Origin: Bacteroidia bacterium | Lineage (GTDB): Bacteria; Bacteroidota; Bacteroidia; SpSt-205 | DNA length: 36,839 nucleotides | Reading direction: 5' to 3' | Assembly (NCBI GenBank): GCA_025060275.1 | Contig: JANXCJ010000001.1 | Coordinates: 2,792-39,630 of the forward strand | Shown: positions 16,925-25,960 of the stretch, piece after piece | Layout: each line of letters starts with the position of its first letter | Position numbering within the stretch: the stretch's first letter is position 1 | Program-made: the position numbers and the translations under genes | The notes under the pieces: model-generated | Told to the model about the DNA's origin: nothing | The model's input: only the letters and a program-made list of their open reading frames with translations | Databases searched by the model: none

Positions 16925-17884
16925 CTAAGTAGTCTTCCTCAAGAAGTTTTGGCGATCATAAAGTAGCCGATCTAAGGCATATTTGCTAATTACATAGGTA
17001 AAGTAAGGCGAATGAAGAAGCCTCACATAATAGTGGAGCGTACTTGTAGGGTGCGGATAGACTATCCAGTGGTAAGTTTTACCCGACCAAAGGAAAACGC
17101 GCATTTCTGCAAGAGGGCTGAGCCCCTTCAGAGAGTCAGGAGAGATTAATTCATCTGCATAAAACTTCCCTGCATAAGCTAAAAGATACTGAGCCACTTC
17201 AAAGGAGTCTATGGGCTCCCCTGTACTGAGGCGCCAAGGCTCTCCCCTCATAGAACACTCTAAGCGCCAGCTCCTGAGAGGCGCTCCATAAAAGTCCAGC
17301 TGTATAGCTTGTAGGTCTGCTATTCTTGCATCAAAGATGAGATTAGGCTGCCACACACCTATATCTGGGTAATAGCGAGAAGTTACATAGCCTTCTAAGC
17401 CAGGGAGGAATACCTCATAAGGTTGGTCGCTTCCCGGGCGGAGCATGTACGAAGCCTTTTGGTCGGGCGTAGGCCCCCCCACATAAAAAACTTCCTTCTT
17501 ACCATCTTGAAAGTACAAAGACACTTCTATCCTATGGTCCCGTAGAAACTGAAGTACGTTTCGGATAGCAGGGGGAGCCACGGGTGCGCGAGGCATTTGG
17601 GCACTCAAGGTGTGAAGGAGAGTCTTTACAGGTTGAGTAAAAGCTTCCAGCGTATCGCCGATATACCAGGTTCCTTGGCTGCGACGCAGGTCTATTCTGC
17701 GAAAAATCGTATCTCCATGCTTTTCCACCAAGGATATGGCGACTATCGCCCCTGTATCAGGAAAGGAAAACTGCCGAGCTTTTTCGGCTCTTTTCTGCAC
17801 AATCCTATTACCTATGAGTACTATGACTACCCCTGCACCAATTGTCAGGAGTAAAGCTATTGTGCCAAGCGTACTCCGCTTCAT
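16925..17884 (-). CDS. DUF4340-like protein that typically follows gldG
   Basis: Single N-terminal TM (MKRSTLGTIALLLTIGAGVVIVLI) followed by a soluble body. Its position directly after gldFG matches the usual gene order. The ATG at 17884 forms an ATGA overlap with the gldG stop; the ORF is open to 17917. Confidence 0.55.
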   Translation of the reverse strand: MKRSTLGTIALLLTIGAGVVIVLIGNRIVQKRAEKARQFSFPDTGAIVAISLVEKHGDTIFRRIDLRRSQGTWYIGDTLEAFTQPVKTLLHTLSAQMPRAPVAPPAIRNVLQFLRDHRIEVSLYFQDGKKEVFYVGGPTPDQKASYMLRPGSDQPYEVFLPGLEGYVTSRYYPDIGVWQPNLIFDARIADLQAIQLDFYGAPLRSWRLECSMRGEPWRLSTGEPIDSFEVAQYLLAYAGKFYADELISPDSLKGLSPLAEMRVFLWSGKTYHWIVYPHPTSTLHYYVRLLHSPYFTYVISKYALDRLLYDRQNFLRKTT

Positions 17885-19572
17885 ACTAAGGGTTTCGCAT
17901 AACGATGCTTCCGCCAAAAATAAAATCCAACCCCTACCCCTATCATAAGGAAAATGGGTAACCCTAAATTGAATACTTGAATACTCAGTGCATGGGCCCT
18001 AACGAAGGCAGGGTCTAAACGGCGCAACTGAATACTTCGACTGCGCACTTGGGTAAGGGCTATTTCTCCGGTAAGATAATCTATGCAGTTCAAGATAAAA
18101 GTAAGATTATCCAAAGGTACGTAGTCGGCGAAACGCCCCTGGACTTCCGCAGGAAGGGCAAACTCTCCGTCTGTAATCCATATAGCTTTGCCTACTAATC
18201 CTGAGCGCGGAAGGTAACGAGCAGTGGGAGGCTTCGGTGCATAATTATCTGTAGGAGGCTCCCTGTCCTGAAAGACCGACTCAAAGTATCCCTCAGTAAG
18301 GACGGCAACGGGACGAAATCCTTTGCCCTTAAAAGCTTCTGGAGCTGGAGGATTTTTGAGAGTGAGGTTAATATCTATCAGCTGCGTACCCTTCACGGAG
18401 CGACTGAAAGGCGAGGTAACCGCCAGAATGGTATGACGAAGCCCCGCTCTGAAGATAGTATCCAAACTGCTTGCATACCTGTACATTACTGCATCTACCG
18501 TACGAGTAATAGGATGGGAGGGGAAGATATAAACTACGGGATAGTACAGCCATTTCTCAGCTCCCCAGAGAGGTCCGTGATAATACCCCCGGATGACCTC
18601 TATATGCCCACAGGATAAATCTTGAACAAGGTCATAAGCTGGGCGCCACCCCCACCGAAAAAATAGATCATCAATATTGAGCTCCCTTAGCTGCGTAAGG
18701 GCACTACCCTCCGTAAGGTTGATGCGATGATAATCCAGAAGCCAGAGTATGCGACCTCCTCGCAAAAGGTACTGCTCAAGCTCATACTTCTCCCGCTCTG
18801 TAAAAGCGCTATCAGGCCCTATTACAATAATAGCAGCGAACCCCTCTCCCACTAAGCGGCGTCTAAGGCTATCAGGAAGGTAAGCCTTGGCAGGTGCTAT
18901 AGCTTGCCCTTCCCGCAGGCTTACAGGAAGGAGCCGGTAGTACCTTTCAAGCTCTGCTTTGAGCTGTGGCATCTGTTCCAGGCTATATTCCCCATGCCGT
19001 GTTAAGAGCCCGAGAATGGGCTTCTCTCCATACACAGTAATCTGGCGCAGAGCAGCAGCTATTTTGTACTCTACTTCCTGCTCGGCTTCTAAGAGGTCTA
19101 TCTCACCTGTAGACCTTAGATTTCCCTTCACTAAATCTACCCAAATATCTTGCTGACCACACTGAACTACCGCAATAGGATACATATATTGCCGGCGTGT
19201 CTCTGTCTGTGAGACACGGACGTTTATGGGAATAGGCTGAACACCCCTCTGCTTGAAGAGCTTGATTACATCAGGATGTTTAGCAGGATTAACGAAAGTG
19301 AAGTTCAGGGGCTTTGGAGAGATGGCTCGCATCTCGGCCAGTAGGGTCTCTATAGCTCGCTTATATCGCTGAATAGGATAGGGAAAATCTCCTTCTAAGT
19401 ACACCGTGATATAGGTAGCTTGCGGGAGATGCTGCAGCAGAGAACGAGTCCCCTCAGAGAGGGTGTATCTCTTATCCTCTGTGAGGTCTATCCGAAAGAA
19501 ATACAGCTGCCCTCCTAAATAAGCCAATACAGAGAGTCCTAAAATTAGTATTACCTGCACCGAAGCCCTCAT
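17881..19572 (-). CDS. gldG: gliding-motility-associated ABC transporter auxiliary/substrate-binding component GldG
   Basis: 563 aa with N- and C-terminal TM anchors around a large periplasmic body. It begins with the family-typical FRIDLTEDKRYTLS and is coupled to the ABC-2 permease gene by an ATGA overlap. Confidence 0.75.
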   Translation of the reverse strand: MRASVQVILILGLSVLAYLGGQLYFFRIDLTEDKRYTLSEGTRSLLQHLPQATYITVYLEGDFPYPIQRYKRAIETLLAEMRAISPKPLNFTFVNPAKHPDVIKLFKQRGVQPIPINVRVSQTETRRQYMYPIAVVQCGQQDIWVDLVKGNLRSTGEIDLLEAEQEVEYKIAAALRQITVYGEKPILGLLTRHGEYSLEQMPQLKAELERYYRLLPVSLREGQAIAPAKAYLPDSLRRRLVGEGFAAIIVIGPDSAFTEREKYELEQYLLRGGRILWLLDYHRINLTEGSALTQLRELNIDDLFFRWGWRPAYDLVQDLSCGHIEVIRGYYHGPLWGAEKWLYYPVVYIFPSHPITRTVDAVMYRYASSLDTIFRAGLRHTILAVTSPFSRSVKGTQLIDINLTLKNPPAPEAFKGKGFRPVAVLTEGYFESVFQDREPPTDNYAPKPPTARYLPRSGLVGKAIWITDGEFALPAEVQGRFADYVPLDNLTFILNCIDYLTGEIALTQVRSRSIQLRRLDPAFVRAHALSIQVFNLGLPIFLMIGVGVGFYFWRKHRYAKPLV

Positions 19573-20294
19573 GGATGGTACCGAGAAAGTTGAAGCCGTG
19601 CCAAACCTAGTCCCCCTACTATGAGACAGATAAAGTAGAGAATATCTCGGCTATCTACTACTCCTCTACTTATGCTTCGGTAGTGCTCCATGAGACTGAG
19701 CTCTGCCAAGATGCGCTGTAAAACTTTACCCACAGGCAGTTCGGAAGCAAACTCAAATCCTATCAGCCAGACAAAGCCCACGAATAGCCCTATTAGAAAG
19801 GCGATAATAGTGTGGTGTGTAAGAGTAGAAGCCCAGAGGCCCCATGCTGTCAAGCTCAGTCCTAAGGCAAAAAGCCCCAAGTATGCACCCTGGATAGCTC
19901 CGTGATCCACCGCCCATTTAGGCTGAGCTAACCATGCAATACTAGTGTAAAATACAAGGGTAGGGATAAGCGCAAAGGCGAGCACACCCGCTGCCGCTAA
20001 GTATTTTGCTCCAAGAATTTCCCAAGAAGATATCGGTGCTGTAGCTAAGAGCTCATAGGAACCTGTGCGAAATTCATCTGCAAAAGTACGCATGGTAAGG
20101 CTGGGAGCTAAAAAGAGCATAAACCAAGGAGCAATACTAAAGAAAGCATCCATTTCAGCCGCTAAGGTCTGCAGAACGCTCCCCGAAAATACCCATACGA
20201 ATAGCCCCGTCCCTATCAGAAAAATACCCCATACCACATAAGCAATAGAGGAATGAAGAAGGGAGAAAGTTTCTTTTCTCCACAAAGCCAGCAC
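19569..20294 (-). CDS. gldF: gliding-motility-associated ABC-2 type permease GldF
   Basis: 241 aa, six predicted TM helices, ABC-2 permease architecture, directly upstream of gldG. GTG start sits behind a -7 box. Confidence 0.7.
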   Translation of the reverse strand: MLALWRKETFSLLHSSIAYVVWGIFLIGTGLFVWVFSGSVLQTLAAEMDAFFSIAPWFMLFLAPSLTMRTFADEFRTGSYELLATAPISSWEILGAKYLAAAGVLAFALIPTLVFYTSIAWLAQPKWAVDHGAIQGAYLGLFALGLSLTAWGLWASTLTHHTIIAFLIGLFVGFVWLIGFEFASELPVGKVLQRILAELSLMEHYRSISRGVVDSRDILYFICLIVGGLGLARLQLSRYHP

Positions 20295-20297
20295 AGA

Positions 20298-20395
20298 GTT
20301 GCAAATTTAGTAGCATACAAATAGTAGCATAGTACTCCCCGTGATGGCGCGAGACGGAAGTTCGGTTGCAAATTTAGTAGCATACAAATAGTAGC
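20298..20395. repeat. perfect 31-bp direct repeat, two copies, period 67 bp, in the gldF/DUF429 divergent intergenic region
   Basis: GTTGCAAATTTAGTAGCATACAAATAGTAGC occurs at 20298-20328 and again at 20365-20395. Each copy carries TAAATTTG on the minus strand. Confidence 0.9.
20302..20309 (-). promoter_or_regulatory. -7 box TAAATTTG, 7 nt before the gldF GTG; a second identical box lies at 20369-20376
   Basis: Minus strand reads TAAATTTG-caactct-GTG(20294). Confidence 0.5.
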
Positions 20396-20407
20396 TTTAT
20401 CATAGGG

Positions 20408-21109
20408 ATGGCTCAGGTCGTAGGTATAGATGGATGTAGAGGGGGCTGGATATGTGCAGAAGTGTGGATTCACAAGAAGTCAGTCAGAAGGATAACTCTC
20501 CAAATATGGCATTCCTTCATGCAGATTATTCAAGCCTACCGCGCTGCCGAAGCGATTGCAGTGGATATTCCCATGGGACTATGGGAGGAAGGTAGAGCAC
20601 GCCTACGCCCTTGCGATCAAGCCGCTCGCCTCAAGCTCAAGGGACGAGCCTCCACAATTTTCACTCCTCCCACTCGCTCTATGTTGAAGGCTCCTGCATA
20701 TGAGCCTTTGCGCAGTGCAGGACTAAGTATCCAAGCCTATAATCTTATACCGCGCATCAGGGAAGTAGATGACCTAATAACTCCCAGCTTACAACAAAAA
20801 ATTTGGGAGTCACATCCAGAGCTTAGCTTCACAGCAATGGTAGGAAGTCCAATCCCCTATTCTAAACATACCAAGATAGGACAATCAGAAAGATGGAAAG
20901 CTCTTGAAGAGAAATTTGGCATAAAGAGTCTCACGGAAATACGGCATTTATTAGGCTCTAATCAATTTCAGAGGGGATTTTGCCTTCACGATGTCTTAGA
21001 CGCCCTGGCTTTGGCATGGAGCGCCCAAAGACGCTTACAAAACAGCGCAGAAGTATGTATGGGTTCTCCTCTGTACGATGCAAAGGGGCTCATGATGGCG
21101 ATTTGTTAA
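20408..21109 (+). CDS. DUF429 domain-containing protein (predicted RNase H-like fold)
   Basis: N-terminus MAQVVGIDGCRGGW is the characteristic DUF429 start. 233 aa. Confidence 0.7.
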   Translation: MAQVVGIDGCRGGWICAEVWIHKKSVRRITLQIWHSFMQIIQAYRAAEAIAVDIPMGLWEEGRARLRPCDQAARLKLKGRASTIFTPPTRSMLKAPAYEPLRSAGLSIQAYNLIPRIREVDDLITPSLQQKIWESHPELSFTAMVGSPIPYSKHTKIGQSERWKALEEKFGIKSLTEIRHLLGSNQFQRGFCLHDVLDALALAWSAQRRLQNSAEVCMGSPLYDAKGLMMAIC

Positions 21110-21142
21110 AAAATTTGCTAAGGATATCCAAGATATTAAGTT

Positions 21143-21859
21143 ATGATTCAAAAAATGGTAGTTGGTATCTTGGCTTGTTATTTATGGGCGCAGAATGTGG
21201 GCATAGGTACTACCACACCTATCTGGAATCTAACCGTAATGGTCTCCACCCAGCGCACCATAAGTAATCCAGCGACGGCGGGAATTGGGGTAGTCTCTCC
21301 GATGGCTGAAGGGGACGGCCAGCAAGCTATAATTGCATTGCACTGGTTTAATGCTGCTCTGCCTTATGCTTATCGGCTATGGCTTGGCGACCCAGACGGA
21401 GGATACGGCGTACAAGCTAACGCTCTGGAGCTGTGGGAGTATCCGAACACAAATCCTTGTTGTAGGCCGCGATTTAGGATAGCTCCTACTCGTAACCTAA
21501 ATTACAATCGTCAGCCCGTAACAATTACAGCAAATAACTGGGTAGAGGCCTATGGTTTCAATGTGATCTCCGACTCCTCTCAGAAAGAGCATATCTCACC
21601 TCTACCCTACGGGCTATCAGAATTGTTGCGATTGCATCCCGTAATTTATAAATGGGACCATGAATCCTACGAGTCCCCCCCTCATGTGGGCTTCATAGCC
21701 CAGGAGGTTGGGCAGGTTATACCTGAAGCTATAGTCTCTACACCTGAGGGAACCGTGGGTATAGATGCTGCAGCCCTGACAGCTCTTCTATGCCGTTCCA
21801 TACAAGAACTCGCTAATAGAGTAGAAAGCTTAGAGAAATGGTGGTTACAACGAAAATGA
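21143..21859 (+). CDS. secreted small tail-fibre-like protein with a C-terminal Peptidase_S74 intramolecular chaperone domain (paralogue 1)
   Basis: Signal peptide ...YLWAQNVGIGTTTP. Core motifs are ALPYAYRLW, DPDGGYGV, ELWEYP and CCRPRFRI. The C-terminus is SDSSQKEHISPL...VGFIAQEV..IPEA...GIDAAALTALL..IQEL...LE. Confidence 0.75.
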   Translation: MIQKMVVGILACYLWAQNVGIGTTTPIWNLTVMVSTQRTISNPATAGIGVVSPMAEGDGQQAIIALHWFNAALPYAYRLWLGDPDGGYGVQANALELWEYPNTNPCCRPRFRIAPTRNLNYNRQPVTITANNWVEAYGFNVISDSSQKEHISPLPYGLSELLRLHPVIYKWDHESYESPPHVGFIAQEVGQVIPEAIVSTPEGTVGIDAAALTALLCRSIQELANRVESLEKWWLQRK

Positions 21860-22614
21860 ATAGGTTTGTCCTCCTGATTATATTTTATTCTGCATTTTGG
21901 GCTTACGCCCAGGAAAGAGTAGGCATAGGCACTGCTCTTCCTAACTTCAACCTAGAGGTATATGTACCCTATCCAAGAATTTCATCAGGAGGCGCTATCC
22001 ATACTTCTAGTGTATGCGTAGCAGCCAATATGCCCCAAGACGGACAACAAGGCATTCTCGCTTATCACTTGTCTAACTCAGCTCTCCCCTATACTTGGCG
22101 CATATGGTACAGTGATCCTGATGGAGGATATGGCGTAGGGCCCCTTAATCTGGAGATATGGGAATATCCTGATCAGTGGGGGGGAGGAAGCTGTTGTCGT
22201 AGCCGCTTTAGAATAGTTACTACTTACCCATCAGTAAATTACAGCTCACTCCCTGTGCAAATAGACAACCAGAATCGCTTTATTGCATATGGATATTCCA
22301 ACATATCAGACGCCAGCCATAAGATAGGAGTACGCCCATTAGAAAGTACTCTCCAACATGTACGCTCCCTCAATCCTGTTATTTTCCACTGGAAAGGCAC
22401 CCCTCATGCACAAATAGGCTTTATAGCCCAAGAGGTTCAGCGCATTTTCCCAGAAGCTGTCAGAGTAGACACCTCATCCTCTCTACTTGCTGTAGATTAT
22501 CCTGCCTTAATTTCCATTCTGACCCGAGCTGCACAAGAGCTTTCCAAAAAAATAGAGGAATTAGAAAAAGCTATTCAAGGGCTCGGGCGAGAACTTTCTG
22601 AGTCTCAAAATTAG
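21856..22614 (+). CDS. secreted small tail-fibre-like protein with a C-terminal Peptidase_S74 chaperone domain (paralogue 2)
   Basis: The ATG at 21856 forms an ATGA overlap with the paralogue 1 stop and gives the signal peptide MNRFVLLIIFYSAFWAYAQERVGIGT. The ORF is open from 21838. Core motifs are ALPYTWRIW, DPDGGYGV, EIWEYP and CCRSRFRI. The C-terminus is SDASHK...IGFIAQEV..FPEA...VDYPALISIL..AQEL. Confidence 0.75.
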   Translation: MNRFVLLIIFYSAFWAYAQERVGIGTALPNFNLEVYVPYPRISSGGAIHTSSVCVAANMPQDGQQGILAYHLSNSALPYTWRIWYSDPDGGYGVGPLNLEIWEYPDQWGGGSCCRSRFRIVTTYPSVNYSSLPVQIDNQNRFIAYGYSNISDASHKIGVRPLESTLQHVRSLNPVIFHWKGTPHAQIGFIAQEVQRIFPEAVRVDTSSSLLAVDYPALISILTRAAQELSKKIEELEKAIQGLGRELSESQN

Positions 22615-22621
22615 TACTGCA

Positions 22622-23404
22622 ATGCGGACCTATATATTTTTATTGGGGAGTTTCTTACTTCTTTCAGCGCAAGAAAATGTAGGTATAGGCACAGCTATTC
22701 CTATTTTCAATATGCATGTGGAGGTCCCATACTCCGTAGCGATTAGCTCTGCAGGTAATGCCGGCATTGGCGTCGTGTCCGACATGATAGCTGACGGTAT
22801 CCAAAGCGACATAGCATTTCATTTGACCAATACAGCTCTTTCGAATGGTCCTTTTTTCAGCTTTTCCAAATGGTCCTTCTGGATGGCCGATCCGAATGGA
22901 GGCTATGGAGTTATAGCTAACAGCTGGGAGATATGGGAATACCCTCCTTCCTCAGGCAATCAATGTTGTCGGCACCGCTTCCGAGTATTGGCAGGAAGTA
23001 CCGCAGCAGGCCCTGCTTATGTAGATGCCAACCAGGAAGTTTATGCCTACGGCTTTATCACCTACTCCGATGCTCGCTTGAAGCAATCTATATACCCCTT
23101 TCCAAAAGGATTAGAATCCCTTTCAGCTCTCCGCCCTGTAAGATACACATGGAAGGATAATAATGTGGAAAGAATAGGCTTTATTGCTCAAGAGGTAGGT
23201 GATGCTCTTCCTCAAGCTCGCATATTCACGACAGATTCATTACAAGGGGTAGATTACATAGCACTCACGGCTGTACTCGTGAATGCTGTACAGGAACTCT
23301 CTCACAAACTAAGCCTCCTTGAGAAAAAGAAGCAAGAGCTGGAAGCCCTATACCAGGCGCGACAAAAAAATCTAAGCCTTCCCCCCAAGCAACCAGGAGA
23401 GTAA
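22622..23404 (+). CDS. secreted small tail-fibre-like protein with a C-terminal Peptidase_S74 chaperone domain (paralogue 3)
   Basis: Signal peptide MRTYIFLLGSFLLLSAQENVGIGT. Core motifs are DPNGGYGV, EIWEYP and CCRHRFRV. The C-terminus is SDARLK...IGFIAQEV..LPQA...VDYIALTAVL..VQEL, followed by a coiled-coil tail. Confidence 0.75.
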   Translation: MRTYIFLLGSFLLLSAQENVGIGTAIPIFNMHVEVPYSVAISSAGNAGIGVVSDMIADGIQSDIAFHLTNTALSNGPFFSFSKWSFWMADPNGGYGVIANSWEIWEYPPSSGNQCCRHRFRVLAGSTAAGPAYVDANQEVYAYGFITYSDARLKQSIYPFPKGLESLSALRPVRYTWKDNNVERIGFIAQEVGDALPQARIFTTDSLQGVDYIALTAVLVNAVQELSHKLSLLEKKKQELEALYQARQKNLSLPPKQPGE

Positions 23405-23542
23405 AATGACTTCATGAGAGTGGCTCCTCATACCCCCCAGTTTAGAAACCTCAAAAACCTTGCGTAAAGATTGGTACGGATAATCCTCTCTACTCTACTG
23501 ACTTTAAAAGCTGGTAGCGTCTAAGGACCTCCCCTATTTCCT

Positions 23543-25945
23543 TCAGGGGTCTACTCTAAAGATTATTCTACTACTTTGGCTTCCCCATGCTCTTTCCAGC
23601 TCTTTGCGCAGTTGGAGAAGACCGTCTCGTATAGCTTGATACGGATGTCGTGAGGGAAGCTTCAAGAGTAGCTGCATGTGATACCGATTTTGCACCTTTG
23701 GAATATCCCCATAGACAGGCCCCAAAACCTCGCCCCATTTCATCTGTTTCAGTTTAGCAGCCCACTGCTGTGCCTGCTTTTCCAATTGAGTTATGAGGGG
23801 ATGATATAGATTGACTTCTATTATGCGACTAAATGGAGGGTAATTATACTTTTCCCTTTTTTTTAGCATGTTATGGGCAAATGCTTCATATTCCTGCTCT
23901 AATACCTGAAATATCTGGGTCTCTGGCTTGAATGCTTGAATCACTACATGACTAGGAGTGCCTCGCCTTCCTGCCCTACCCATAAGTTGCACTAAGAGTT
24001 GATAAGCCCTCTCTTCAGCTCTGAAATCTACTCGCCCTAATAAGCTATCTGCATAGAGCACCCCCACTAAGGTTACACGTTCAAAGTCTAGGCCTTTCGT
24101 TACCATTTGCGTACCTACTAAGATATCTGCCTCATGTCTCTCAAACGCAGCTATTAGAGCCTCATGCTTATGCCCCTCTATGCTGTCTCGATCCAACCGT
24201 AGTACCCTCGCCTGGGGGAAAAATTGCCGAAGTTGCTCCTCTATTCGCTCGGTACCTATCCCAATAAAGGAAATTTTCTCACCTCCACACACAGGGCACC
24301 GAGCAGGGACTTTTTCCTTATACGCACAATAGTGGCATAGGAGACTTTGAGCCCGTTTATGATAGGTAAGCGTAATGGCACAATGAGGACACTCCCAACG
24401 ATACCCACAAATCTGACACAATAATACTGGGGCATATCCACGCCTATTTCGGAAAAGGATGGCTTGCTGACCCTTATCCAGAGTTTCTAATAGGAGTTCC
24501 CGTAAAGTAGAGGAAAATACCCCTGTACTTAGCTTTTCCTGCAGCTCCACCCGCATATCCACAATATGAAGTTGAGGAGAAGAAGCAGGAATAGCCCTCT
24601 CCATAAGTTTTACATAAGCATACTTCCCTTGCTGCGCATTTTTATAGCTCTCTAAGGAGGGCGTAGCTGATCCCAGAATAATAGGAATTTGAAGTAAGTG
24701 AGCATAGTATACAGCAGCATCTCTGGCTTGATAAAGGGGTGGGCGCTTCTCCTGCCCATAGGAGGCATCATGCTCCTCATCTACTACAATGAGTCCTAAT
24801 CGGCTAAATGGCAGGAATAAAGCAGAGCGAGTTCCCACAATTACATCCACAGCTTGCTTACGCACAGCCTGCCAGATTCTAAACCGTTCTCCCTCAGTGA
24901 GCCCGCTATGGTATAGTTCCATAGCTTCTCCGAAGGTGGCTCTCAGCCGGTCTAATGTTTGTTTAGTGAGAGCAATTTCGGGTAGTAGATAGAGCACCTG
25001 CTTACCCATTTGGAGTTGCGTGCGCATAAGCTCCATGTAGAGGAAAGTTTTACCACTGGCTGTAATGCCATGGAGAAGGATAGGGCGAGTGGGATTTTCT
25101 TGGAGGGCTTGTTGACAGGCTTCTAAGGCTCTTTGTTGAGCAGACGTAAGAGAATATGCCTGAAGAGGTTTAGCATATAAGAGCTGGTAATAGGTCTGAG
25201 CAGGTACTCGCCTCACAAACTTGTGCTGAAGAAGTATTTTTAGCTTTTTCCCTTCTTTGCGCAGGAGATGAGCATAAGAGGGCAAGATACCTTGAAGGCT
25301 CCTCCGTAGAATCTCCATGAAGAGAGGTTGAACCTCCTGGGGCAGACTCTCCCATGCACACTGGAAGGCTTCGGGTCTCCGCAGCTCAGGCACTACCTCC
25401 ACAAAAGAGGGGGGATGACGCACTTGCTGCTTCACTACAGCTTCAAGTCTTACAGCACCTATCTTAGCCCATCTGCGAAAAATAGAGAGTAACTGAGTAG
25501 GGCTCTTGTTTAGCTGGGAAGCTAACTGGCGAAGGGAAAAACTACTCTTCCCCCGTAAAGATGCCCACAATTGCTTAGGCTTTAGAGAGGGAACCTCCCT
25601 CTGCCAGAAAATTCTCCAGTCTGAAATCGCCCCTATCCGACCAGGTAGAGCGGCATAAGCTATGTCGCCAGGCGTAGCTAAGTAGTAGTTAGCTATCCAT
25701 TGGAAAAAACGAAGTCCTAGTTCATCATGAAGGGGACTCTCGTCCAGGCGTTGTAGAATTTCCTTTACGGAACCAAGAGAGGGAGGCTCTTCTATTATCC
25801 GCATAAGCAGTCCTACCGTTGGAGTATTATGAGCACCTAAAGGCACTAAAAGACGCATGCCTGGCATATAGGGGCCGCCAGCAGGAGGCAGAGCATATGT
25901 GAGCGCGTTAGAGCCACGACGACGAACCCAAACTTCACCCCACAT
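23543..25945 (-). CDS. priA: primosomal replication restart helicase PriA
   Basis: 800 aa. Walker A GITASGKT, the DEEHD box, and the Cys-rich zinc region CQICGYRWECPHC...CHYC...CPVCGG. Confidence 0.9.
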   Translation of the reverse strand: MWGEVWVRRRGSNALTYALPPAGGPYMPGMRLLVPLGAHNTPTVGLLMRIIEEPPSLGSVKEILQRLDESPLHDELGLRFFQWIANYYLATPGDIAYAALPGRIGAISDWRIFWQREVPSLKPKQLWASLRGKSSFSLRQLASQLNKSPTQLLSIFRRWAKIGAVRLEAVVKQQVRHPPSFVEVVPELRRPEAFQCAWESLPQEVQPLFMEILRRSLQGILPSYAHLLRKEGKKLKILLQHKFVRRVPAQTYYQLLYAKPLQAYSLTSAQQRALEACQQALQENPTRPILLHGITASGKTFLYMELMRTQLQMGKQVLYLLPEIALTKQTLDRLRATFGEAMELYHSGLTEGERFRIWQAVRKQAVDVIVGTRSALFLPFSRLGLIVVDEEHDASYGQEKRPPLYQARDAAVYYAHLLQIPIILGSATPSLESYKNAQQGKYAYVKLMERAIPASSPQLHIVDMRVELQEKLSTGVFSSTLRELLLETLDKGQQAILFRNRRGYAPVLLCQICGYRWECPHCAITLTYHKRAQSLLCHYCAYKEKVPARCPVCGGEKISFIGIGTERIEEQLRQFFPQARVLRLDRDSIEGHKHEALIAAFERHEADILVGTQMVTKGLDFERVTLVGVLYADSLLGRVDFRAEERAYQLLVQLMGRAGRRGTPSHVVIQAFKPETQIFQVLEQEYEAFAHNMLKKREKYNYPPFSRIIEVNLYHPLITQLEKQAQQWAAKLKQMKWGEVLGPVYGDIPKVQNRYHMQLLLKLPSRHPYQAIRDGLLQLRKELERAWGSQSSRIIFRVDP

Positions 25946-25953
25946 TACTTTTG
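25946..25953 (+). promoter_or_regulatory. -7 box TACTTTTG, 7 nt before the ATG at 25961
   Basis: Exact TAnnTTTG match inside the 15-bp gap between the divergent priA and 25961 start codons. Confidence 0.45.
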
Positions 25954-25960
25954 TGGCTGT

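Noticed and set aside
20298-20395. A CRISPR array or mini-array, suggested by a 31-bp perfect repeat with a 36-bp spacer.
   Set aside because: There are only two copies and no cas genes in the window. The repeat carries promoter boxes for the flanking genes, so a duplicated promoter or operator is the simpler explanation.
21143-23404. A prophage or phage-tail remnant, because of the tail-fibre type S74 domains.
   Set aside because: No integrase, terminase, capsid, portal, baseplate, sheath or lysis genes occur within the 36.8 kb. The flanks are DUF429 and priA, and each protein has a Sec-type signal peptide, which phage fibres lack.
23405-23542. A terminator or small RNA in the convergent gap between S74 paralogue 3 and priA.
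   Set aside because: Only a weak 5-bp inverted repeat (atgag/ctcat) without a T-tract was found, which is not enough to call a feature.
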